Source: an uncultured Candidatus Saccharibacteria bacterium
Lineage (GTDB): Bacteria > Patescibacteriota > Minisyncoccia > Phycocordibacterales > CAIZLB01
DNA length: 64,000 nucleotides
NCBI GenBank assembly: GCA_964607805.1
Contig: CAZSLF010000004.1
Location: 7,477 to 71,476, forward strand
Direction of reading: 5' to 3'
A model generated the notes under the pieces. That model worked only from the letters and a program-made list of their open reading frames with translations, was not told the DNA's origin and made no database searches. A program made the position numbers and the translations under genes. Position 1 is the first letter of the stretch; every line of letters begins with the position of its first letter. This document shows, piece by piece, positions 46,328 through 54,801 of the stretch.

Positions 46328-46353
46328 TTTAGGACCAGCACGATAATAATCAC

Positions 46354-47166
46354 ATGCCGAACATAAAATATAAAACAGCTCTAGAAAGATTAATTAATAA
46401 TTTTAAGAATGACTTTTTGGGTTTTTCAAGAGAACAGTATACTTCTGATGGTAAACTTATACATCCAGGTGAATTTGGAGCATCAAGAGAGATTATTTCT
46501 AAAAAATTTATTGAAGACGTAGTTCCTATTTCCAAAAAAATTATAACTAAGGGATTTATTTTAAACTCAAATAACGAAACAACCACTGAGCAAGATTTAA
46601 TTATTTACAGTACTAATGATACACCTGTTCTTACTTTAGAAAATACAAGCTTTCTTCCGGTCGAAACAGTAGTTTCAGTGGGACAGGTAAAGTCAGTGAT
46701 ACAGTCAAAAAAAGATCTTAAAAAAATATTAGATAATTTAGTTAAAGTAAAAATGGTTAGAGATAATATGGGACACAGCTCAGTAATTTGGAGGAATCAT
46801 GAGCTATTTAACGGTAGCTATGGGTACTATAAAGATAATGCTTTTGATCAGGTTTTTACATTCGTTATTTGTGAAAAACTTAATTTTACTATTACACCAG
46901 ATGAAATAGATAAGTTGTATGATAGCGGCACTAAGGAATATTTAAAACATAATTTAATTTTAGACATAAGTAACGGTTTGTACGGTTATCAAATTAAAGA
47001 AGGGGATCCTTTTTTAGCGATACCATATACTATACACGGAAATAGTACACCAATACTCGTTGGTACCGAGAACGAATGGCACTTTAAACAATTTTTGACC
47101 AATATACACATTCATACTTCATCGAATACAGTTTTTCATCCAAATATGGGTAAATACATAAATTAG
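46354..47166 (+). CDS. DUF6602-like protein with restriction-endonuclease (PD-(D/E)xK)-type motif pattern
   Basis: 270 aa, AT-rich. GEFGASREIISKKFIEDVVP ... TEQDLIIYS ... LPVETVVSVGQVKS follows the G-x-x-RE / Q-D-hhh-Y / E-x-hhh-(E/Q)-V-K pattern that I recall for DUF6602. Confidence 0.6.
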   Translation: MPNIKYKTALERLINNFKNDFLGFSREQYTSDGKLIHPGEFGASREIISKKFIEDVVPISKKIITKGFILNSNNETTTEQDLIIYSTNDTPVLTLENTSFLPVETVVSVGQVKSVIQSKKDLKKILDNLVKVKMVRDNMGHSSVIWRNHELFNGSYGYYKDNAFDQVFTFVICEKLNFTITPDEIDKLYDSGTKEYLKHNLILDISNGLYGYQIKEGDPFLAIPYTIHGNSTPILVGTENEWHFKQFLTNIHIHTSSNTVFHPNMGKYIN

Positions 47167-47356
47167 ATAGTCGCACAAGAATGGTTGTTGTGATAAGGAA
47201 AAAATATTAGAAATGATCTAACAGGATAAGGTACCAATAAGTTCTATCTCGAGAAGGCTCACTAGAGAGTAAAATTCAAACTGCTTTGAATTATCCGTGA
47301 CCACAATTTAAACCCCTGTATTCATTAATTTATACAAAAAGTGCTAAAATGAATTT

Positions 47357-47938
47357 ATGGAAATTAAATTTCTCCTAGGAATTATCTCTACAGCAATTGC
47401 AGTCATTTGTTTCATTCCATACATAAAAGATATTCTTCGAAGGAAGACTGAGCCCCACACCTATTCTTGGCTCATATGGACAATACTTCAAACAGTAGGA
47501 GTAATGGCCCAGTTGAAAGAAGGGGCAGGTTACGGTGCATGGGCTTTAGGTGTGGGTGCATTATTCTGCTTCACTATATTCTTATTCTCCTTTAAATACG
47601 GAACAAAAAATATTTCAAAGTTTGATTTACTTTGCTTGATTGCCTCACTGTGCGCAATTGCAATTTATCTTTTTATAGAAAATCCTGTTTATGCAATTGT
47701 CGCAGTAGCACTTATCGATTTTGTTGGTTTCTTACCAACATTTAGAAAAGGATTTGAGGAACCGTTTACAGAAACAGTGAGCACATTCATTTTGAGTGCT
47801 ATGGCAAATGTTTTAAGTATTCTAGCACTTCAAAACTATACGGTTACAACTGTACTTTATATAGCAACCCTTTTCTTTACTAACTCTTCTTTTGCAACCA
47901 TGATCTTGGTTCGTAGAAAGTTTTTGCGAAAGAAGTAA
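47357..47938 (+). CDS. PQ-loop-like 6-TM membrane protein (paralog 1 of 3)
   Basis: 193 aa. The N-terminal FIPYIKDILRRKTEPHTYSW resembles a PQ-loop motif. Paralogs lie at 53080 and 53824. Confidence 0.6.
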   Translation: MEIKFLLGIISTAIAVICFIPYIKDILRRKTEPHTYSWLIWTILQTVGVMAQLKEGAGYGAWALGVGALFCFTIFLFSFKYGTKNISKFDLLCLIASLCAIAIYLFIENPVYAIVAVALIDFVGFLPTFRKGFEEPFTETVSTFILSAMANVLSILALQNYTVTTVLYIATLFFTNSSFATMILVRRKFLRKK

Positions 47939-48064
47939 TTTAGAGATTATTAAAAAAACCCAACCCCTTGACTTTTACAACCAAGTGTTGTATCTTATTT
48001 CCGCTGATCAGGAATGCACTAGGCCCAGTAAGCCTTAGCAACACCCCTGGCAGCAAACGCAGAC

Positions 48065-48742
48065 ATGTCCATTAACATACTACTCGACGAACAAAAGCTC
48101 CGGGAAGCCCCGGGGTTCAGTGATACTACTCGAACAGACGGTGGCGGCGGGATGATACTTGATAATACTCGTATTCCTGTCTCAGTCGACAACCTTGGCC
48201 GAATTTATATTACACTCAGCGATCACGCGAGCTTGGCCCCTTCGATCGAACCTTTTGTTACTGAGGTTTCCTTTTTTGTGTATGTTTCCGCTCAGCGGAC
48301 GCATCGTGAACTGGGTATCTATCGCCATGCAAGTGCAGAAGGCGAGGTTGATCTCCAAGAGGGAAGAGACAGTACTCAGTACTGGATCAAAGTAAGTGCC
48401 AAGAAGCTTGAGGATGCTCGTGAGCTGGTCAGACTATTTAAGATCGGCTCGATTCGTCCCGCCGACAGCTTCGAAGGGAGGCAGCAAGGCGAATCGAAAG
48501 AAGAGCTTGAAGCAAGACTTCGAACTGTTCTGGAAGAACTTGAGAGTTTGAAAGGGGAAAACGCTCTAAATGAGACTAACCTCGAGCATACAAGAGGCAT
48601 GCTGGATATAAGCCTTGACCGTGTTCGTGAGGTTTTCAAATTATCGGCAGCGCTCAGCAATCGACGTCTCAAGTGGCCCTGGTGTTCCAAACAAAAAGTT
48701 GCGTTGCTAATCAACTGTGCACTTAACAGAGAAGGTAAGTAG
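48065..48742 (+). CDS. Hypothetical protein with C-terminal coiled-coil
   Basis: 225-aa G+C-richer ORF with a TTGACT-type promoter about 90 nt upstream. The terminator cgacccaagcc..ggcttgggtttttttt lies at about 48783-48812. Confidence 0.6.
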   Translation: MSINILLDEQKLREAPGFSDTTRTDGGGGMILDNTRIPVSVDNLGRIYITLSDHASLAPSIEPFVTEVSFFVYVSAQRTHRELGIYRHASAEGEVDLQEGRDSTQYWIKVSAKKLEDARELVRLFKIGSIRPADSFEGRQQGESKEELEARLRTVLEELESLKGENALNETNLEHTRGMLDISLDRVREVFKLSAALSNRRLKWPWCSKQKVALLINCALNREGK

Positions 48743-48889
48743 CTAGTCTACAGTTTAGTTCCAAGAGTTTATTCTTTAAACTCCGACCCAAGCCATCCGG
48801 CTTGGGTTTTTTTTATTTAAGCCAAATTTTTGGTGAATGGTTGTTTGCACCCATTTGCCCACACATCTTTTATATAAGATAATACCCAC

Positions 48890-49705
48890 ATGAACAAATC
48901 TTTTCTTAAAACTCTCGCAATCTCACTTTTGCTATTGAGCATTTTTATCGGAAACACAGCGGACGCTTGCAGAGTTAAATCGTATCCATGGTTCATAACT
49001 AATACAACTATTGATACGAGTACATTACCTCCTGGTATAACTTTTGTAAGTCACACTCTAAATCATGAATATGGACCAGATGGAAAATTTACAAGCACTA
49101 CAACTACACCATTTTATCTTCTACGACCAGAATCTGATAGAAAAAATGAAGCAGCAATTATTGACGGAGGTTACACTGAATTACCAGCACATGAAATACC
49201 ATTGTATAAATTAGTGGGAGGTGATCAATATTATTGGGATGGAGAAGATGGATGGAGTACGTATTACTGGTATGGAACAACTTCAAAGAAAGAGATGGAT
49301 CTTGTACTTAGAAATTCTGATGTAGGAATTAAGAATAAATTTGGAGGAAAACGACCAAAAAATGTAGAAGTTCCCGAACCTCATGATATTTCTTTTAAAG
49401 CGTACTATGGCTCCGAACCAATTTATATTAAGGGTAGGATGGAATATGCTTTAAACGAGGGTTTTTACCCAACAAATCCAAATGGTTGTAATAATATTTA
49501 CGGATCTTTGACTGGTTTGATAGTTGGATTAGGAGTTCAATTGTTGATAATCGGAGCAATCATATTTAGTCCAATTTTATTGTATAAGTTCTTAAGAAAA
49601 AGAATTTCAAGTGCGGTTACATCAAAAATAATAGTTGCAATTTATTTATTGTTAGTAATAGTTATCGTCTACGGTTTATTGCATTTATTCGGGTTTGTAT
49701 ATTAG
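48890..49705 (+). CDS. Secreted/membrane-anchored hypothetical protein
   Basis: Signal-peptide-like N-terminus (LLLLSIFIGNTADAC) and two C-terminal TM helices. Confidence 0.6.
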   Translation: MNKSFLKTLAISLLLLSIFIGNTADACRVKSYPWFITNTTIDTSTLPPGITFVSHTLNHEYGPDGKFTSTTTTPFYLLRPESDRKNEAAIIDGGYTELPAHEIPLYKLVGGDQYYWDGEDGWSTYYWYGTTSKKEMDLVLRNSDVGIKNKFGGKRPKNVEVPEPHDISFKAYYGSEPIYIKGRMEYALNEGFYPTNPNGCNNIYGSLTGLIVGLGVQLLIIGAIIFSPILLYKFLRKRISSAVTSKIIVAIYLLLVIVIVYGLLHLFGFVY

Positions 49706-49840
49706 ATGAAACTCTTATCACTAAAATTGCAAAAATGAGAGTAAAAGAATTGAAGGAGATGGATGCAAAGTGGATGTAATGAAAAACCCGCCAGAACCTA
49801 AGTTCTGGCGGCGTTCGTTTTCGGCTAGTGTTAACTAGCG

Positions 49841-50338
49841 TCAGGGGTCAGGAAGATCATAGTCACCCCTGTTGCGGCACATCCGCTCTGCCTCTCTCTC
49901 AGCCCTTTCACTTGAATAAAATGCATATGATGAAAGAGGTTGGTTTGAGTCTGGATGCAAAATACTCGCATCCTTAATATCATGGCGTCTCGCAGCTTCA
50001 TGCTCTATAGCTTCCTCTTCATCTTGGAGACTTTTTATTAGCTTTTCTTTCTTTCGCCCCAAGGTAGCGGCCCTCTTCACACCTATTAAAACTTGTTTGA
50101 AGTACTCTTGAGCGAGGGCGACTTGGTAGGGTTCTAGGGCGGCCTTTCCCTCATTTCTCCTATTTTCCTTTATTATCTCTGCCAGGCATGCGGCTTTTTT
50201 TGCTTTGAGAACCGCCCCTCTGTTCTTAAAGCGTTTTTCCACGACACGTAAATCACGCTGTGCTTTATCGATCATATCTATTGTGATGTAGATCTTAAAA
50301 TCGATTTCAGGCCCATCTTCACCTTTCTTCATTTTCAT
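49841..50338 (-). CDS. Hypothetical highly charged helical protein
   Basis: I used the ATG at 50338 (MKMKKGEDG...). The terminator aaaaacccgccagaac..gttctggcgg lies at about 49783-49812. Confidence 0.5.
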   Translation of the reverse strand: MKMKKGEDGPEIDFKIYITIDMIDKAQRDLRVVEKRFKNRGAVLKAKKAACLAEIIKENRRNEGKAALEPYQVALAQEYFKQVLIGVKRAATLGRKKEKLIKSLQDEEEAIEHEAARRHDIKDASILHPDSNQPLSSYAFYSSERAEREAERMCRNRGDYDLPDP

Positions 50339-50522
50339 AACAAATCGAGGTTGAAACAAACTAGTAGGGAGCTGTCACCATGCAAAAAGCACGATGTTTC
50401 CGAAATATAGAGTACAACACGTAGATGCTAGTCGTCAAATTTAACAAAAAAAAGAGACGAAATAAAAAGCCCTGCTGTTCACGCTTTTTAGGCGTTACTT
50501 AGCAGGGCTTCGAGATTAGGTC

Positions 50523-51083
50523 TTAGAGGAGACCCCATCGTTGGTGTCGGCTTTCGGCAAAGCGGATTTCAGCTTTATCTCGGTGGATAAAAATCTCCAC
50601 CGTGAGACCGTCGTCTGTCTTGCACAGCTCCACCCATGTCCCTTCTCGAGTTTCTTCGGGAAGAATAAGATATCCGACAGGTACTCCGGGAAAAAAAGTT
50701 TCTCCCTCGGGGTTTTTTCCAGGCTGATACAAGGTTTTGGTAAGAAGGTAACGGCCTGGACCGATTCCTGGCAGCCATCGAGAGATAGTGATATCTCCCC
50801 CGAAGCCCCCGGCAGAACCGGAGAATTTTAAAATAAATTTCTCCGGTTCTCCGCTGCTTACCGTTCGGCTGGCATAATTCTGTGTCGAAGTATCACCGGC
50901 ACTGCCAGCAATACTAGCCGATTGATGACCAAGGGAGTAGAACCCTACTTCATTTTTCCAGTTGCACTTGGACAGATTGTTGTTCGTGATCATTGGATGG
51001 TAATATTTTAGGTTGATTTGTTTGGAAAGATTCTCTTTCAGACAGTGCCTTTCGGCTATGCTGTTTTTAGGTCTACTTTCCAT
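50523..51083 (-). CDS. Hypothetical protein
   Basis: 186-aa ORF. The ATG at 51083 is the first one downstream of a consensus promoter. The terminator agccctgct..agcagggct lies at about 50469-50508. Confidence 0.55.
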   Translation of the reverse strand: MESRPKNSIAERHCLKENLSKQINLKYYHPMITNNNLSKCNWKNEVGFYSLGHQSASIAGSAGDTSTQNYASRTVSSGEPEKFILKFSGSAGGFGGDITISRWLPGIGPGRYLLTKTLYQPGKNPEGETFFPGVPVGYLILPEETREGTWVELCKTDDGLTVEIFIHRDKAEIRFAESRHQRWGLL

Positions 51084-51175
51084 TTCAGACCCAGCTTTAT
51101 GAATACAAATTAGTTATATTTATACGTATAAAGCTAGGCCTAAACAACCCCTATATTCAATGTACTTATGGATAT

Positions 51176-51203
51176 ATTATATCATAGTATAACTATTTGT
51201 CAA
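51176..51203 (-). promoter_or_regulatory. Consensus sigma70-type promoter
   Basis: On the minus strand: TTGACA (complement of 51198-51203), a 16-nt spacer, then TATAAT (complement of 51176-51181). Confidence 0.6.
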
Positions 51204-51268
51204 GTTTGAAAAGTAACATAAAAATCGTTCAGTCATGTCAAAATGAGGGCTAATATTTTATAAAAAAC

Positions 51269-51721
51269 CTAAAACAGCGAATCAACAACCTCCTTCACAT
51301 CCATACCATCCGCTTTACCTTTCAAATCTTTCATAAGAGCACCAGTCAAAATACCAGCCTTAGCCTTATCAGTTACACCAAGCTCGGCTTTCTTAGCTTC
51401 AGCAAGTGCCCGAATTTCATCACGAGACATCATTTGAGGTAAATATGTTTCAAGAACAGTTAGTTCAGCTTGCTCAGATTCAGCAAGATCTGATCGTCCA
51501 GCTGTTGTAAATTGAGCAATAGAATCCTTTCGTTGTTTAACACCACGGCGTATTAGAGTGAGCACCTCTTCGTCTTCTAGCTCAGACTGAGGAGTGCGGC
51601 TAGTGGCAACCAATTCGTTCGTCATAGCACTCATAAGACCACGGATAACAGATAATTTAACAGCATCCTTAGCCATCATTGCTTCTTTTAATTGAGATTT
51701 AAGATCGTTTTGTAGTGACAT
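51269..51721 (-). CDS. yqeY: GatB/YqeY domain protein
   Basis: I used the ATG at 51721. LKEAMMAKDAVKLSVIRGLMSAMTNE is typical of YqeY. Confidence 0.85.
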   Translation of the reverse strand: MSLQNDLKSQLKEAMMAKDAVKLSVIRGLMSAMTNELVATSRTPQSELEDEEVLTLIRRGVKQRKDSIAQFTTAGRSDLAESEQAELTVLETYLPQMMSRDEIRALAEAKKAELGVTDKAKAGILTGALMKDLKGKADGMDVKEVVDSLF

Positions 51722-51853
51722 GGTAGTTAAAGTTGGTATTTTTGGGCTTTTAGATTTGCCGCTTATTAATTTTGATAATGGGATTGTAGCATAAAATTGG
51801 CATAAATCTCCATAAATTCTCAAAATTTCAGTACCCTGATATACTCAATACAT

Positions 51854-53020
51854 ATGGACCAAAACCTACTCATCATATTAATTGTTATCCTGGCACTTAT
51901 CGTCATCGGACTGGCTATAGCCATTTTCATAATTTTTAAAAAGTTTAATAGTCAAAATGGCGATGCAACCGGAAACGCTAATTCTGCCTCTCAAGAACTA
52001 CAATCTTCGATTGGTCTTGTCATGCAGCATATTTCGGAGCTTGGGCGAACTTTCGATAATAAAATATCTGGCATGGAGCGGGCAGTGGGGGATAAATTGT
52101 CATATTCTGCGAAGGAGATGAACGAGAATATGCGTCATCAAACTTCTGAATCTTTCAAAGTACTTCGGGATGTGACTGAGAGACTGACAAAGCTCGATGA
52201 GACGAATAAGCAAGTGATTTCATTTACAGATCAATTGCAAAGTCTTCAGGATATTTTGAAGAATCCGAAGCAGAGAGGGATTTTAGGTGAATATTATTTG
52301 GAAACTCTTTTGAAAAATGTATTACCGCCAGGATCCTTCGAGATGCAACATAAATTAGGGCAAGATGAGAACGGTGCTGATTTAATTCCCGATGCTGTAG
52401 TTTTTGTGCGAGATAAAATTGTGCCAATCGATTCTAAATTCTCACTTGAAAACTATAATCGTATTATTGGCGAGCGTGATCCCGTCGAAAAAGAAAAATT
52501 GGAAAAACTTTTTGTTAGTAATTTGAAAGATAGAATTACTGAAACATCTAAATATATTAAACCATCACTCGGAACTGTTGATTTCGCTTTTATGTTTATT
52601 CCGCATGAAGCAATTTATTATGATCTATTGATAAATAAGATTGGAGTGCTTAAAGAAGATAGTGAAAGCCTGATCCAGCGTGCCGCTTCTAAGTATCATG
52701 TGATTATTGTCTCGCCAACTTCTTTCTTGGCATATTTGCAAACTGTTCTGCAAGGTTTGAAGGCGCTTCAGATTGAGGAACAGGCTAAGGATATTGTGAA
52801 GAGAGTAGGGGAACTGACGCTCCATCTAAAGAAGTATGCTGAGCACCAGGATAAATTAGGACGATCAATTAGCACCGTTGTAAATCAGTACAATGATTCA
52901 AGCCGCGAATTCAAAAAAATCGATAAAGATATTATGCGTTTGACGGAGAAGGAACAATCGCTTGAATATGAGATGCAATTGATTGATAAGACAGGAGATG
53001 ATGCCGAGGGTATGAAATAA
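51854..53020 (+). CDS. rmuC: DNA recombination protein RmuC
   Basis: N-terminal TM, a long coiled-coil and an RmuC motif NPKQRGILGEYYLETLL. Confidence 0.88.
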   Translation: MDQNLLIILIVILALIVIGLAIAIFIIFKKFNSQNGDATGNANSASQELQSSIGLVMQHISELGRTFDNKISGMERAVGDKLSYSAKEMNENMRHQTSESFKVLRDVTERLTKLDETNKQVISFTDQLQSLQDILKNPKQRGILGEYYLETLLKNVLPPGSFEMQHKLGQDENGADLIPDAVVFVRDKIVPIDSKFSLENYNRIIGERDPVEKEKLEKLFVSNLKDRITETSKYIKPSLGTVDFAFMFIPHEAIYYDLLINKIGVLKEDSESLIQRAASKYHVIIVSPTSFLAYLQTVLQGLKALQIEEQAKDIVKRVGELTLHLKKYAEHQDKLGRSISTVVNQYNDSSREFKKIDKDIMRLTEKEQSLEYEMQLIDKTGDDAEGMK

Positions 53021-53031
53021 TTTCAGTAATG

Positions 53032-53067
53032 AAAAAAGCCCCCAACCGAAGTTGTGGGCTTTCGAAA
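53032..53067. terminator. 36-nt terminator repeat copy 1
   Basis: aaaaaagcccccaaccgaagttgtgggctttcgaaa, identical to 53757-53792. The hairpin gcccccaac/gttgtgggc is flanked by A6 on one side and by ttt on the other. Confidence 0.85.
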
Positions 53068-53079
53068 TTTGCACTGATA

Positions 53080-53652
53080 CTATCTGATTGCAATCAAAGC
53101 AACGACAAGATGTGTCCATGTGCAATTTATTGGATAGGCCAGATCACGTGCCTGACCTTTCCATCGTAGTAGCACCACGATAATTTGAACTGCAGATGAG
53201 ATCGTCCACATGAACCAGCAGACGGGAATCTCGCTATCGGGTCTGGCCCATACACTTTGGAAAGTGGGTATGAAACCAACTGCTATTGCCACCTGAAGCA
53301 TCATGTTGGTTATCGTCGGAGATTTTAGACTCCACCACAAGTAGCTTGCGGTAAGTCCTATTGACATGACTACGTAATCGCTACCTACAAACCCTTTGAA
53401 CTTACCCTGAAATAAGGCGAGAACTAGAGTAAGGATGCATAGAAGACTACTTATTGTTGGGAGGATACTCTTCATCCAATCCTTACTCATCGCCCTGTAA
53501 GAGGTGAAGTTAAGAATGGTAATAAAGCTCCATATTGCCCACGATGTGATGTTTGGATTCGCATTTCCTGCAAAAATTTCCGTATTGTAGATTCCAAACG
53601 CAATGATATTGAGAATTCCTGCTACAGCGCTCAGGATAATATCCAGTTTCAA
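53080..53652 (-). CDS. PQ-loop-like 6-TM membrane protein (paralog 2 of 3)
   Basis: 190 aa. It has a TTG start at 53652, with AAGGAGG (complement of 53658-53664) 5 nt upstream (53653-53657). Confidence 0.6.
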   Translation of the reverse strand: MKLDIILSAVAGILNIIAFGIYNTEIFAGNANPNITSWAIWSFITILNFTSYRAMSKDWMKSILPTISSLLCILTLVLALFQGKFKGFVGSDYVVMSIGLTASYLWWSLKSPTITNMMLQVAIAVGFIPTFQSVWARPDSEIPVCWFMWTISSAVQIIVVLLRWKGQARDLAYPINCTWTHLVVALIAIR

Positions 53653-53756
53653 AATAACCTCCTTGGTTTTGACCAGCGGGATTACCGATCTAAATATATA
53701 GTGACATGAATATGGAAAATGTCAAATCATTACAATAGACTTAGTAAATAAGCAAC

Positions 53757-53792
53757 AAAAAAGCCCCCAACCGAAGTTGTGGGCTTTCGAAA
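53757..53792. terminator. 36-nt terminator repeat copy 2
   Basis: Identical to 53032-53067. It lies 3' of the minus-strand gene 53824-54429. Confidence 0.85.
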
Positions 53793-53823
53793 ACGATGGC
53801 GAGCGACTTTGAGGTTCGCTTGC

Positions 53824-54429
53824 TTACGTGAACTTGTAACTGGACAAGTCACTAAAGTCGGGGACCAGCACTGGCTTTTGGAGCCAGAACTTTCTCATCG
53901 CTATGAGTACAAGTACTCCACAGTAGACTGCACAGCAAGAAGGGTAGAATGCCTCCTCGATTGACCAATCTTCGGCACCGATTACACTGAGAATGTTTGC
54001 CACAAAAAAGCCAAAGTAGACAGGGAGCGGCGCAGACCAGGGGTCTTTAGCAGTGTCTCTCAACTGGGGTTCACCGGCTATTACCACTGCAATCGAACTC
54101 AAAATTGTGGCAGTCCTAGGACCGGATAGGATCCAGCCAATAAGACATATAACAACCATAATGGTCACTCTTGTCTCGACTTTAGTCCAGGAAAAATTTC
54201 CGGATTTTGCGATGTATATGGTAATCCAGAAGCTACCGAGTGTGTAGGCGGCTACCATCAGAAAATTTCCTTGTTGGATAATTAGTGAGATGACAGCAAT
54301 AGCATCGAGTGTTGCCCACAAGAGCCAGGTGGCAAGATTTTGCTTGGTTTGCCCTTTGCGTATTTGATTACGGAGCACGAAATACAAGTAGATCGCTAAG
54401 CAGGCACTCAAAATGGTGTAAATATTCAT
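53824..54429 (-). CDS. PQ-loop-like 6-TM membrane protein (paralog 3 of 3)
   Basis: 201 aa. Its minus-strand promoter is TTGACA-17-TATTAT at about 54478-54506. Confidence 0.6.
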   Translation of the reverse strand: MNIYTILSACLAIYLYFVLRNQIRKGQTKQNLATWLLWATLDAIAVISLIIQQGNFLMVAAYTLGSFWITIYIAKSGNFSWTKVETRVTIMVVICLIGWILSGPRTATILSSIAVVIAGEPQLRDTAKDPWSAPLPVYFGFFVANILSVIGAEDWSIEEAFYPSCCAVYCGVLVLIAMRKFWLQKPVLVPDFSDLSSYKFT

Positions 54430-54525
54430 TAGGGAGTCGGGTTGGTAGGGAACAAGGTTTCAGAAGTGAATTCTGCATATATAATATGACAGATATAGGG
54501 GTTTGTCAATGTGGCTATTACAGCA

Positions 54526-54553
54526 TTGACTTTTCCACCATTTAATGTATATT
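54526..54553 (+). promoter_or_regulatory. Sigma70-type promoter of the small ORF
   Basis: TTGACT (54526-54531), a 16-nt spacer, then TATATT (54548-54553). The predicted TSS is only a few nt before the ATG at 54564. Confidence 0.5.
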
Positions 54554-54563
54554 ATTAACCACT

Positions 54564-54695
54564 ATGAAATCAACACGTAGTCAATTCAATAAACGAAATA
54601 ACGGCCGAACAGGCTTTGCCTTTTCTGTTGCCTCACTTATTTCGTATGACTCTGCAAATAAGACAGGGTTCTGGCGCTGTGTTCAAAGATTTTAA
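54564..54695 (+). CDS. Unannotated 43-codon ORF (candidate exported or precursor peptide)
   Basis: My translation is MKSTRSQFNKRNNGRTGFAFSVASLISYDSANKTGFWRCVQRF. It is absent from the ORF track, presumably because the track lists nothing shorter than 60 aa. It is bracketed by a promoter and a terminator and lies just upstream of an ABC exporter. Confidence 0.4.
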   Translation: MKSTRSQFNKRNNGRTGFAFSVASLISYDSANKTGFWRCVQRF

Positions 54696-54720
54696 AGATA
54701 TCTACTCTTTTAGGACTTTG

Positions 54721-54746
54721 AACGCCGCGTCAATCGCGGCGTTTTT
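54721..54746 (+). terminator. Intrinsic terminator between the small ORF and the ABC gene
   Basis: aacgccgcg-tcaat-cgcggcgtt stem-loop followed by a T tract. Confidence 0.8.
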
Positions 54747-54801
54747 AGTTCTTTAGCTCATTACAATTCAACAACCAACCAAATAAAGAGGAAGACATGT
54801 T

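Noticed and set aside
46088-51200. An integrated prophage or genomic island at tRNA-Glu, delimited by the 18-nt direct repeat.
   Set aside because: The direct repeats are only about 150 nt apart. There is no integrase, recombinase or phage structural gene anywhere downstream. I could not find a distal copy of the tRNA 3' end.
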